The translations under genes and the position numbers were made by a program. This document shows positions 53,072 through 64,000 of a DNA stretch of 64,000 bases, piece after piece. Each line of letters starts with the position of its first letter. Position 1 is the first letter of the stretch. Source of the stretch: Octopus vulgaris (lineage: Eukaryota); assembly GCA_951406725.2 (NCBI GenBank), contig OX597829.1, positions 31,806,001 through 31,870,000 on the forward strand. Direction: 5' to 3'. Below the pieces are notes generated by a model, which made no database searches, had not been told where the DNA came from, and worked only from the letters and a program-made list of their open reading frames with translations.

Positions 53072-53759
53072 ATCACCAATACCGGATAGCCCTTCTACCA
53101 CCACCATTACCTGTGTCTATTCTCCACCCTCCTCCTCACTGGGCTGTTCTCTATATATTACCTTCACTTCTCCCTCTCCTAGGACAAATGCAACCAGCCC
53201 AGGTGCTCATCCACCCATTCACTTTACCGACTATCTTACGTTTTGCCCTGTCTAGAAATTTGTCACCACCCCTTAGAGTTATCCCTTCTCCCAATTCCCC
53301 CTCCTCACTGGTGCTGTTCCCTATATTACCTGCACCCTCCCTCTCTTTCTCTCGCTCACCTATTTAACCGGCTGGCTATCTTTCGTCCCATTTTCATTCT
53401 GTATAGAAACATGCCAACAACTATTCGGGAATTTTCCTTGGCCTTATGAGGTGAAGGAGAAAACTATTCGGCTGCTCATATGTGCTTGTTCCTGTGTGTG
53501 GGTGCACTTGTGTATATATAGGAATGAGCTTGTTTCCTCTCTCTCTGTCTGAACCTTTCCCTGCTGGTGGTACCTTCCATTATACCTGCAATCCCCCTCT
53601 ACCTGGACAAACACAACCAGTTTCAGCTGACTCCCTCCTAACCTAACATTGGAATATCCATATTCTTGCTACACTGCTTGAATCTACATCATTCGATGAC
53701 CATAATGCTTATGCTTACAACTCTGCCAACACCGGCTACTAGGGGCAACAATCTTAACA

Positions 53760-56625
53760 TGCCTGAATGCTTGAATGTTGTCAGGTCGAAAGAGAGAACA
53801 GATGAAGCATGCCTAAAAAACGAACACCACAACAACCCACTTTTTTTCTGGTGCTGAATAACATCCCTCCTCCCCAAACCTCACCCCACATTCCCTTCCC
53901 AGGTTTCAGAGTTGGCACACTGAAACGCAGGTCTAGTGAGATTGTAGAGATGCTTGAAAGGAGATGGTTTGATGTAAGCTGCATACAAGAGGTAAGACGG
54001 AGAGGAGCATCAGCTAGGGTCCTCACAGGCAAGGCACATAGGTATAAAGTCTTCTGGCAAGGTAATATGGATGGTGTAGGGGGTGTAGGCATACTCCTTA
54101 CAGAGAAATGGGCGGATAAAGTCATAAAGGTTGTTAGGGTATGCAATAGAGTGCTTAAGCTGAGGCTAGTCCTGCAGAACAGCACAGCTACAATTATCTC
54201 TGCCTATGCCCCACATGCGGGGCTACCAAATGATCAGAAGGACCACTTTTATGATATCCTTCTACAGGCTACCTCAAAGACGAGTGGCAATGACCTCATC
54301 TTTGTGGCTGGAGACTTTAATGGGCATGTTGGGCGGGAATCTGGTATCTTCACTGGGGTATACGGTGGCCATGGTATTTGAACCATGATGAGGGAACCAG
54401 GCTACTGGAGTTCTGTGATGCATGTAACCTTTTAATCTGCAACACTAACTTCAGGAAGCCAGACAGCCACCTTATAACCTATCAATCAGGGGACTCTGCC
54501 AGCCAGATTTCATCCTCACCAGACAGCGGGACACAGGGTTGCTCTTAAATACAAAGATCTTTCCGGGTAAAGAATGTAACCCCCAGCATAGGCTAGTCAT
54601 TAGTGACTTTAGGCTCAAGGCCAGAAGGATACCAAGAAGCAGACCAATCCAAAAAAGAAGGATTTTGGAAGCTAAAGAACCCTTCACATGGTCAGAGATT
54701 TAGGGACATCCTCATCAAGAAATATGAGGAGAGGGAGGAGGAGCTACAGACATCGGACACAGAAGGTAGACGGAAATTCCTACAGGACAGCTTGCTGAGT
54801 GCTACAGATCAAGTCTGCGGATGGTGCAAAGCCCCTTCCAGACCTAGAGTTACATGTTGGAATAGTACGGTAGACAAAGCCATTAGAGTAAAGAAACAGG
54901 CCAGGAAAGCCTGGAAGGGTGGGAGTAGCAGGTAACTGTACCAGGTAGCCAAAAGGGAGGCTGGGTGGCAGGTATACATAGCCAAGGGTGAAGCAGAAAA
55001 GAAGAAGTTTGCCAATGTCCAGCAATGTGAGGACCAAAGAACTGAGGTATTTTGGATTGCAAGACAGTGTGGGAGAGAAAATTGTAATGTCACAGGAGAG
55101 AAATGTGTCTGCATGGATGACGGTGCACTTGCTTTTAATGATTCTGAAAAGAAAGAGGCTTGGAAAAGCCATTATGAAAGACTGCTGAATGTGGGGAGGA
55201 GGAGAGCCTGCCAAATGTTGACCCAGTAGAGGGACAAGCTATCCGAATAGACAGCTTTCTCGTAGATAAAGCAATTAAGGGTATGAAGCCACCCCACCCC
55301 CGCCCATCAGGAATTACTGCTGAGAGGCTTAAAACATCTGGTGGTGTGGGCTATGGCTTAGTCACCCACATTGTAAACCAGATAGTTCATGATGTAGTTA
55401 CACCAAACGACTGGCATAGCAGCACCATAGTCAACTGCTACAAGGGTAAAGGCAATGCTCTAGATAGAAATAACTACAGGGGTATCAAACTGCTGGATCA
55501 GGTGACGAAGATCACAGAGAGGGTCATAGCCCATTTCATTAGAGAGAGAGAGTCTGCTTAGATGAGATGCAGTTCGGTTTTGTGCCAGGTAGAAGCACCA
55601 CTGATGCCATATTCCTGGTTCAACAACTGCAAGAGAAATACCTAGCTAAAGATAAACCCCTATACTTAGCTTTTTTGTGAACTTGTAGAAAGCCTTTGAC
55701 AGGGTTCACCGATCCCTTATCTGGTGGGCGATGCGGAAATGGTTAATAAGGGCTGTACAGGCCCTTTACAGAGAGGCCGTTAGCAAGGTTAGGATTGGCA
55801 ATGAGTATAGTGAAGAATTCCGGGTAGAAGTAGGGGGTCCACCAAAGTTCAGCCTTCAGTCCCCTTTTATTCATCATAGTCCTCCAGGCAATAACAGAGG
55901 AATTCAAGATGGGTTGCCCCTGGGAGCTCCTCTATGCTGATGACCTGGCCCTCATAGCAGAATCACTACGGAACTAGAAAAGAAATTTTGTGTGTGGAAG
56001 CTAGGCCTAGAATCAAAAGGCCTTAGAGTCAATGTAGCAAAGACCAAAGTTCTAGTAAGTAGCAAGGCAAACTCATCACACACCCCCTCAGGTAAGTGGC
56101 CCTGCTCAATCTGTAGAAAAGGTGTAGGTAGAAACTCTATAAGATGTACCCAGTGTAAGCTATGGACGCATAAGAGGTGCAGCAACATCAAAGGAAAATT
56201 AACCGAGAAGATAGCTTTCGTGTGCGGCAGATACACAGGGGCAATAGACACCATTGATGCTCAGAAAACAGATTCCATTACACTCCAGGGGAAGAAACGA
56301 GAAGTAGTTGATAGCCTCCGCTACCTAGGTGACCAAGTTAGTAGTGGGGGTGGGGGTGGATGCTTAAAGAGTGTTACCACTAGAATAAGAATAGCCTGGG
56401 CAAAGTTTAGAAAGCATCTTCCCCTACTGGCGACAAAGAGTTTCTCACTCAGAGTGAAAGGTAGATTGTACGACGCATGTGTGTGTACTGCCATGCTTCT
56501 ATCCAAACATCCAGTTGTAGAAACATTGCCAGATCAGATTGGAGCCTGGTGCAGCTGCTGGCTCTCCAGACCTCAGTCAAACCATCCAACCCATGCCAGC
56601 GTAGAAAACAGATGTTAAATGATGA
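53760..56625 (+). mobile_element. Near full-length RTE-clade LINE (APE endonuclease + RT + PHD), frameshifted, antisense in UBE2K intron
   Basis: APE motifs CIQEVR, IISAYAP, GDFNGHVG; RT motifs YKGKG..NYRGIKL, QFGF, KAFD, YADD (55933-55944), KTK, RYLG; tail ending in GAT repeats. 5' boundary approximate. Confidence 0.95.
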
Positions 56626-58005
56626 TATATACATATACATATATTTATAACATACATACACATTACATGTAAACATATATATACACATTCATACACATAT
56701 ATAAAATTATATACACACACACATACACATTATATACATATATATATTTTATACCAGATCTAATCACATTGGTCAGCTATAGAAAAAGACTTGTCCAAGG
56801 TGCTTCACATGGAGCTGAACCTAAGACCTTATGGTTGCAAAGTGAGTTTCTTAACCTAAGAGCCACTGTAATCTTAAAAACATTTATTGTACACTTTATT
56901 CCACAAATTTTCCCTCCAAAATCCTAAAATATCGAGTTAATGCTTACGAGTTGTCACCAACTGATCACTGATTTATACAGCTTTTAGTATTTCTTTCTCC
57001 CCACTCCAGTCTGTGTTCCAATTTCATTAAATGCAAATTTGCTTTAATTCACTTCCCAGTTGATTAATTAAACACCAATAACATTTATGAGATCTGTTTT
57101 CTACATAACCTTTTCACTGCCAACTCGATCCAGCTAGCTAGACAAATTTAGATATGAAAATTGAAACAATAGTTAGTCAGGCCTGGAAAACAAGTATTAA
57201 GAAGAGGAAAACAGTCGGCTGCATGTTTATAATGCAGTCAATGACTATATAGGTTATGAAGACCACTGATTTATTAATTGAGTATTATCACAGTAAGATT
57301 GACCTTGAGGATATGACATGGTAACCAGCTTCTAGAGAGATAATCCTCAGACTGAGGAAAGGAGAAGTGGATTGTTGACAAGTGCTCATATAAATAACTA
57401 TGAGCAGTATATATACACACACACACACACACACACTAGATGCAGTATGTTGAGTGGGCATGGTTAGGTCAGATTTGTATGTGGGTTTCACAGACACAAT
57501 GACAAATGAAGAGATGCATTTGGTTCTCCATATCCAACCCACGTGCTAGCTTTGAAATTTCAGCATTAAACAATGGCAAAGATAGTTCTATTTAATGCCT
57601 ATTCTATACCATTTGTTTTAACAATGTTTGTAAATAACAATAATACAAATAAAAGAAAAACTATAACAGATGATATTAAAATAAAAATGTTAAATGCAAG
57701 TCATGCCAAACTTAGTACATGCTGTATATATTTTCAATACCATCTATTAACATTTACTTTACATTTCTCTAATTCCTATCAAAAAGCAGGATAAAAATGC
57801 TAAATTGTGTTTAAAGCCAACAACTAGCATTCAACATTTTTATCTTTCTTTAATATATTGAACTGAAATGTGCCATAGTCAATACACCATATTTTGCTGT
57901 ACACAGAAAACTGATGTACATGCATGTAATATAAGCTAATCATTACCATGGACATATATTCATGGTGTAATTATATATCTACATATATATAATTTTATTT
58001 CATGA

Positions 58006-58190
58006 CTGTTTTCCATGCTAGCATGAGTAGGATGGTTCAATAGGACTCAAAGAGTCACAGGACCCATCTTCTCCAACCTCCAATGTCTCTTTTAGGGATG
58101 ATTTCTATGGCTGGGTACCTTCCTAACATCAATCACTTTACAATGTGTATTAGGTGCATTTTTGCATGGTGCCACCACTACAGAGGTTTT
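58006..58190 (-). mobile_element. Old RTE tail fragment
   Basis: ttttccatgctagcatg...tttctatggctgggtaccttcctaac. Confidence 0.6.
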
Positions 58191-59289
58191 TTTTGCTGTC
58201 AGAAAGACAAAAGAGGACATCTCAAACCCTGAATTGTAGCAACTCAAACTAATCAGAATGTACTGGATACTTTTTATGGCACCAGTATTGTTGGAGATCT
58301 TGCAGCTTGCAAAGTGTAAGAGAGTTCTCATGATGGGAAAACAGATTTACTATAAGAGAGGATGGCAGTGGAGAGAATAACAGAGGGAACAGTGTTGGGG
58401 TGGAAGTAGTGAAGACAGAAGTGAGAGGAAAAGGAATGATAATATGAAGGCAAGTGGGAACAAAATGATAATAGTGATGAGATGGGTAGAGTAGGATGAA
58501 TCAGTCCATCTGCCATACCAATATATACCAGGTGATTCAAAAGTTATTGGAGTTAGATTTATTGTTGAGAAAAGATGGTAAAGGAGTGACTAACAGAGAC
58601 AGTGTCAAGGTAATAGGAAGGAAAGCAGTGTTTGCAGCATTAGTAAGACAAACCAAGAGAGAATTAAGATAGTGAAGAGAGTTGAATAGGAGGTGATGCA
58701 GTGCTACTCCATGTTATACATGGGTAGGTAGTGGTGTGTGAAGTCAAGATAAAAGAAGGAAAAAGTGATGTCAGAAGTGTGAGAGTTAATCAGAATAAGA
58801 GTGGTGTTGAGCATCGACTAAGAGATGCAGTCCTACTCTCCATAGTATGAGTGGGTAGAGTAGTGTGGAAAAGAGATGGATAAGATGAAGGACTAACGCT
58901 TATCCTCAAGGTAACATGTCCAAGACAGAATACTTATAGAAGAAAAATGAGGATGAGTAAAGGTATGCAATCCCTCCCCACTCAAGCATCAAGAGGAAAG
59001 GTGGCTGTGGTATGAGAAAATGGGATGTTCAATATATACAAATCAAGTACTTTCCTCTCAAATAAAGCAGGCACAGCACAGTGAGTAGAAAAAAAAGAGA
59101 TGAGATGATAGGGTACAGAATAGAGACAGCAATTTGGAGAATAGATAGTGGGATGAGGTAAGAGTATAGAATAGGCAACAGACTTGGCTGTTGCATGCAC
59201 AAAACAATACAAAAAGGAGGGATGCATGCCCTAATTTTACATAGAAGGTTGGGTCTTCTGCAGCACAGTAATTTGTCAATCAAAACAAT

Positions 59290-60440
59290 CTTTCGTCATT
59301 TCTGTCATATGTAACACCTGGAGATCACTAAGAACCACTCCATCCCAAATCTTCTTTGGCTTTCCACTTTCACAAGAAGCATTCACTTTGAGCACTCAGC
59401 ACTTGTTTATGCAGTTGTCATCATTGCATATCAATACCAGCACAGTCTCCTCTCTTGCACACTACATTTGTATCCACCTTGTCTTTCAGTTCCTTTATAC
59501 TTCATTGTTCACGCATCTGTATTCATGGCCCATGTCTCATTGTTATGCAGTAGCACAGTTCACACACAAGTATTGTAGAATCTGCCCTTGATCTTGAGAG
59601 ATAAACCCTATATTGTCAATGGAAGCAATAACTCCTTGAACCTTTTCCAGCCTGTATTTATTCTAGCTTCCTCACTACTAATTTGGTCACCTATGCAGCA
59701 AATTCAATCAACTTCTAGGGAACTGCTTGGGCATTTGGGTGAATGTATATTTTGACCATTCTTAGTGCTTACTGTTCCAATGTAGCTGCTGCATATAAAA
59801 TACCTACTTTGTTAGTCTACCTTTCATCCCACTAAACCTTTTGTGTGACCATTGATTACATTGGCACACCTTAACAGAATTTCTACCAACTCCTTTTCTG
59901 AAGATAGTGCACAGCCATTTGCCTGATGCTATAAGGGTCCTGTTTTCATTTACTCTTACTAAAAGTTGTGCTTTTGCTGAGTTTATTTTAATGTTCTTCA
60001 ATTCCCAATTTTGCTTCCATGTTGGAAATTTCATATTCAATTCTTCTATTGATACTGCTATCAGAGTTAAGTGTTCAGCATACAGAAGTTCCCAAGAATA
60101 GTTGGTCTTAAATTCTTGTAATGGCTTTAAGGACTAAAATAAATAGGAAGGTCCTGAGAACTTACTGAACTTGCTGATTTCTCACCTTGCTAACTACCCC
60201 TTCATACATGGCTTATACAGTACTCACAAACCATTCATCTACTCCTAGTTTTCTTAGCAACAAATCAAGATGTGAAAGACAACAGACAAAGATCTCCAGA
60301 TCTCTGAACATTAGGTATAGGGGCCTATCTCAAACCATGTATTTTTTATGCAGTTGTCTTGCAATGGATATGGCAGTGGTAGTACATCATTCTGGGACAA
60401 AGCCGAAAAACATATTTCATAAAGTTTTAAATTATACCAT
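59290..60440 (-). mobile_element. Divergent RTE LINE RT fragment (old or different subfamily)
   Basis: Minus strand: FGFVP..TTTAISIARQL, RKLGVDEWFV, WELLYAEHLTLIA (decayed YADD), SGKWLCTIFRKGVGRNSVKVCQCNQWSHKRFSG. Confidence 0.85.
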
Positions 60441-60914
60441 GTAAATATTGGGTCAAAAATCCCTTTGAATAGAAAAAGTTGAAAGCTGCCTGCGGTACTC
60501 AAACCTACATCTGTAAATATGACAGGTGTTCTACCACTGGACCAAAAGATCCTTCAAATTTTGTTAGCTACTTTAGAAATTTTGTTCTTACTAGAGAGAA
60601 TTGAATGTTGTTTACATCATAAGAATTTAGAAAGTTGAAGGGGAAATGAAATAATTCATTTTTAATGGTTGAATTCGAAGTAGATGAAGCCATAAATAAT
60701 AGCATGTATATACTGGGTTAAAAAAAAACATTTGGACAGAAAAGTTGAATGCTGCCCATGGGACTTTGTAAATATGACAAACATTTTACCAATGGGTTTT
60801 TTAACTCAATATGTACGTGCTAATTCTTATAGCTTCATCTACTTCAAGTTCCACTGTTAAAAACAAATTATTTCATGTCTTTCAAAGTTTCTAAATTCTT
60901 AAGATATTAACAAC
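60437..60914. repeat. Element with about 120-bp inverted repeat, partial tandem repeat and reversed tRNA-like head
   Basis: 60607-60726 is the inverse of 60795-60914; 60437-60543 resembles 60705-60795; minus strand TGGTCCAGTGG...GGTTTGAGTACC at 60543-60493. Confidence 0.7.
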
Positions 60915-62451
60915 CATACTCTCAGTCAACATTTTCAGTTCCCAGGATACTGACTCTGCAGCATTCAGCTACTTCAAAGAGAGCCATACCATTTTCTTTA
61001 TTGTTCTGAGACAAAATATGAGTGGGACACTCATGTATTATAACGAAAAGAGAAGTCAATCAAAACAGAAATCATTCCTCTTTGCACTATTAATGTAACA
61101 ATCAATATTTCCAGTTAGAGTTACTTTCATTTTCTATTGTTGAACACTAAACAGATGTTCAATTAAGAGACAGATAGTAAAGTAGTTCAAAGTTAAATGA
61201 TGAAAAGTTATGGAACAAGCTATTTGATTAAGTTTACTTTGCAATTATGTAGCATCATGTTCATTCTTATTGTGGTACCTTAGACAAGTGTCTTCTGCTG
61301 TAATCTCAGACTGACCAATGCCTTCTGAATGAAATTTGGGAGACAGAAACTGTACATGTGTATGTATGTGTGTGTGTTTTCACATTGACATAAACAATAT
61401 GACTGACAGCTCAGTGAAGATATGAAAAGACCTGTGGAATAAAATGCCTTACTGAAACAAAAGGTTGTTGCCAAGAGAGGCAACTAACTATAGAATACTG
61501 CTTCAAGACTTGTCTAACTCATACCAACACGGAGAGAAAAGAAACACTATTAAACATAACTAAACATGATAGTACTTCACTGAATGCTTGATGGATGCAT
61601 GCACCGCTCCATTATAGTAATCCAATGACAGAGAGAGAGACTATTTGATATAAATAACAGCCAAATCTCCTTCAAATAACACTACCATCTTTAAAAAAGA
61701 CTGCAAGGTCATATTAAATAATATAGTCCTGATACACCCTAAAAAGACGTTTAGAATGTTTTGCTTTATTATGGTTGACCTAGAGCTAAACAAATGTGGA
61801 TATATATGTCAATGAAAATAATGAGTTATTTGTATACAGTGCTCAGGTAAACAACTACTTGTCAGAATAGAGTAAAAGAAAAAAAAAACCCAGAAAACAT
61901 AATGTACAGCCAAAAGTAAATGCAGAGTACACAAGAAAAAAAGTGAACAGTAAAAGAGACATAAAGAAGAGAAAAATGTGTAAAGCAGATCAGGATTTAT
62001 GCAGGCAGAAAGCAAGAAAATTTTGAAAGATACAATGTTCTGATATCATATATATTTCTAAGTCCTTCATTTCATTTTCTGCTTAACACTAAGGTTGGTC
62101 TCACATTAAGAATAGCAATGTAATTTCCACATATAAGTTTTATAATTATAGAACAAATGGAATTTGTTAGGTTTAATATCTTAGCATCTTTGAAAAAGTG
62201 CTCATGATTTGACTCACTCCTAACTGGTTTCTATTGTAATTTTTCAAGGTTATCTATTATGCTTTTCTTGAGCAGGTTTAATTAAGATAGGATATAACAC
62301 ACACAGACAAATAAAACACTGATATCAGCAGGGGATATTAAAGGGAAATTTTGGGTGTATTTTAGCATATAGTCTTTACTGAAAGCTGTAACTATAGTAC
62401 ATATTTAAAAAAGGAAAAGCAAACAAAAAAACTGAAAATAGAAAAACATAC

Positions 62452-62604
62452 TTTTGGAGGGTTAAATGGATATGTCTCAGGAATTTTAATTTCTAGTTGA
62501 AATTTACCACCTTCATATGGTGTTTCTGGAGGCCCAGCTATTTCACCTTTTAATTCATCATATTTATCATTTACTAATTCCACTCTGATACGACATTTTT
62601 CAAC
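62452..62604 (-). CDS. UBE2K: Ubiquitin-conjugating enzyme E2 K, first coding exon in window (probably exon 2; 153 nt, phase 0/0)
   Basis: ttgcag|GTT...CCT CCA AAA|gtatgt; encodes VEKCRIRVELVNDKYDELKGEIAGPPETPYEGGKFQLEIKIPETYPFNPPK, a typical UBC N-terminal segment closely matching UBE2K. Confidence 0.97.
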
Positions 62605-62809
62605 CTGCAAAGAATAAAACAGATATGAGTAAATACAAATAATATACATTAAAAAACACTTTATACACACACACACACACACACACACACATGAAAGAAA
62701 GTAGCACTCGGTAATGTTGTTGGAGTTGTTAGTATTTAATAACAAGTTAACTCAGCTACAAAGTTTCGTAGCTGCAGATATACATCTTCAGATAGAGAAT
62801 CAGAGTCAC

Positions 62810-63019
62810 CACCTTCTTTTGCTCAAGCTTTGTTCCCTAGAAATTGCTCCTATACTCACTAAACTCTTTAATCGTTTACTCTCTACTAGGATATATACTC
62901 CCTAACATTCAGAAACACACAGTAGTATGTACCCACTCCAAAAAAAGGCAACACTTTGACCTAGTCAAGTATTATCCTATTGCTCTAACCTCCGACATCT
63001 CTAAGATAATAGATTCCTG
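62810..63019 (+). mobile_element. LINE RT N-terminal fragment (CR1/L2/Jockey group)
   Basis: LLKLCSLEIAPILTKLFNRLLST...DLVKYYPIALTSDISKII (cf. NYRPIALTS..SK). Confidence 0.7.
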
Positions 63020-63434
63020 GGATCTTTTCGGTTTGAATGGCAGTTTTTAAAAATAATTTCCACGTAACTAAACACTTTTAAACTTTGTATACAGGTAGAA
63101 TGTGTTTATAAAACATCTTTTTCTCTTGGCTTTATTGAGAAAATTCTATAGTTTGTAAGATATTTGTTGTTGTTTTTCTTCAATTTCTGCAATTTCAACC
63201 AATCAATGATGTCTATTGAGGTGAAAACATTCTGTGCCGTATGAATATGTCCCTCGTTTAAGAAACAGATTGGGTTTATTTACATTTCTAGAGAAAAAAA
63301 GATACCCTTCCCCCCACCCCTAACCCTAACTAAAACAGATTGAAATGCAATAGATCGATACTAGGGTCATAATTATGGGGGACAATTTCATATGACACCA
63401 CTGGAAAAAACTGCCGTTCAAACCGAAAAGATCC
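63020..63434. mobile_element. MITE with GGATC termini and 8-bp TSD (Merlin-like?)
   Basis: GGATCTTTTCGGTTTGAATGGCAGTTTTT ... AAAAACTGCCGTTCAAACCGAAAAGATCC; flanks gattcctg / aattcctg. Confidence 0.85.
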
Positions 63435-63442
63435 AATTCCTG

Positions 63443-63775
63443 TATTTGTTTGTCATTCCACTGTGGCCTGGCTGAAGTGCCATCTTAAATGTTTTTCGTT
63501 GAACAAATCAACCCCATGACTTATTCTTTGTAAGCCTAGTACTTATTCTATTGGTCTCTAAACACACCAACATCAGTTGTCAATCAATAGTGATGGGAAC
63601 AAACAGACACACACATTAAATATACGCATATCGGGCATGGCTGTGTGGTTAGGGAGCTTGCTTCCTAGCTACATGGTTTCGGGTTCAGTCCCACTGCGTG
63701 GCACTTTGGGTAGGTGTCTTCCGCTATAGCCCCGAGCCGACCGAAGCTTTGTGATTGAATTCGGCAGGCGGAAGT
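63443..63775. mobile_element. SINE family A fragments (3' half on minus, then head on plus)
   Basis: gacttattctttgtaagcctagtacttattcta (-); ggcatggctgtgtggtt...gggttcagtcccactgcgtggcac (+, from 63633). Confidence 0.75.
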
Positions 63776-64000
63776 TACTGCCGTGTGTGTATTTGTACAT
63801 GTAGGTGCTTTATTTATTAGCTGGCTGATGTACCTGGTGATTTCTAGGGATAAAGATGTTCTATTGAAACGCCTTATTACTCTGATATAAGAAAGCAATT
63901 TCATTATAACTGCCACAAGAGGTGTATTTTCTGTTACGAAAATACAAAAAACTGTTAGCTGGAGGAGCGAGAGATTGTTGGAAGTTGGCAAGAGAGGTTT

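Noticed and set aside
53430-53480. cttatgaggtgaaggagaaaac as a hammerhead at the end of the Penelope remnant
   Set aside because: Core altered and no stem II pairing.
58200-59280. Purine-rich stretch with LVYIG on the minus strand (possible Penelope remnant); similar C-rich tract at 39260-39720
   Set aside because: Too decayed to support beyond a single short motif.
63319-63331. Telomere-like ccctaaccctaac
   Set aside because: Only two units, inside a MITE.
62605-64000. Search for UBE2K exon 1 and promoter
   Set aside because: No MANIA..RIKREF-like exon found; the region is transposon fragments. The ORF extension to 62745 is intronic.

Overview
Eukaryotic, AT-rich, repeat-saturated genomic DNA. 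The SINE/LINE content resembles octopus (coleoid cephalopod) repeats; this is recognition from memory, not a search. The only host gene I can support is UBE2K (HIP2/E2-25K) on the minus strand: five coding exons (62452-62604, 40515-40597, 34630-34793, 30878-30942, 27452-27523) with GT-AG ends and matching phases, giving the UBC domain with its catalytic Cys plus a C-terminal UBA domain. Exon 1 was not found and is presumably beyond 64000. The rest is mobile DNA: RTE LINEs, several Penelope-like (GIY-YIG) remnants, tRNA-derived SINEs, a Helitron, Tc1/mariner, piggyBac-like and other MITEs, and microsatellites. Nearly all listed ORFs are spurious. Most notable: (1) a TSD-flanked palindromic element combining head-to-head tRNA-like promoters with minimal hammerhead ribozyme motifs (46633-47107); (2) a PHD finger inside the RT domain in three RTE LINE copies; (3) an intronic duplicate of a UBE2K splice acceptor and exon start that could give a UBA-less or poison isoform; (4) a mariner foldback hairpin just downstream of the UBE2K stop codon.
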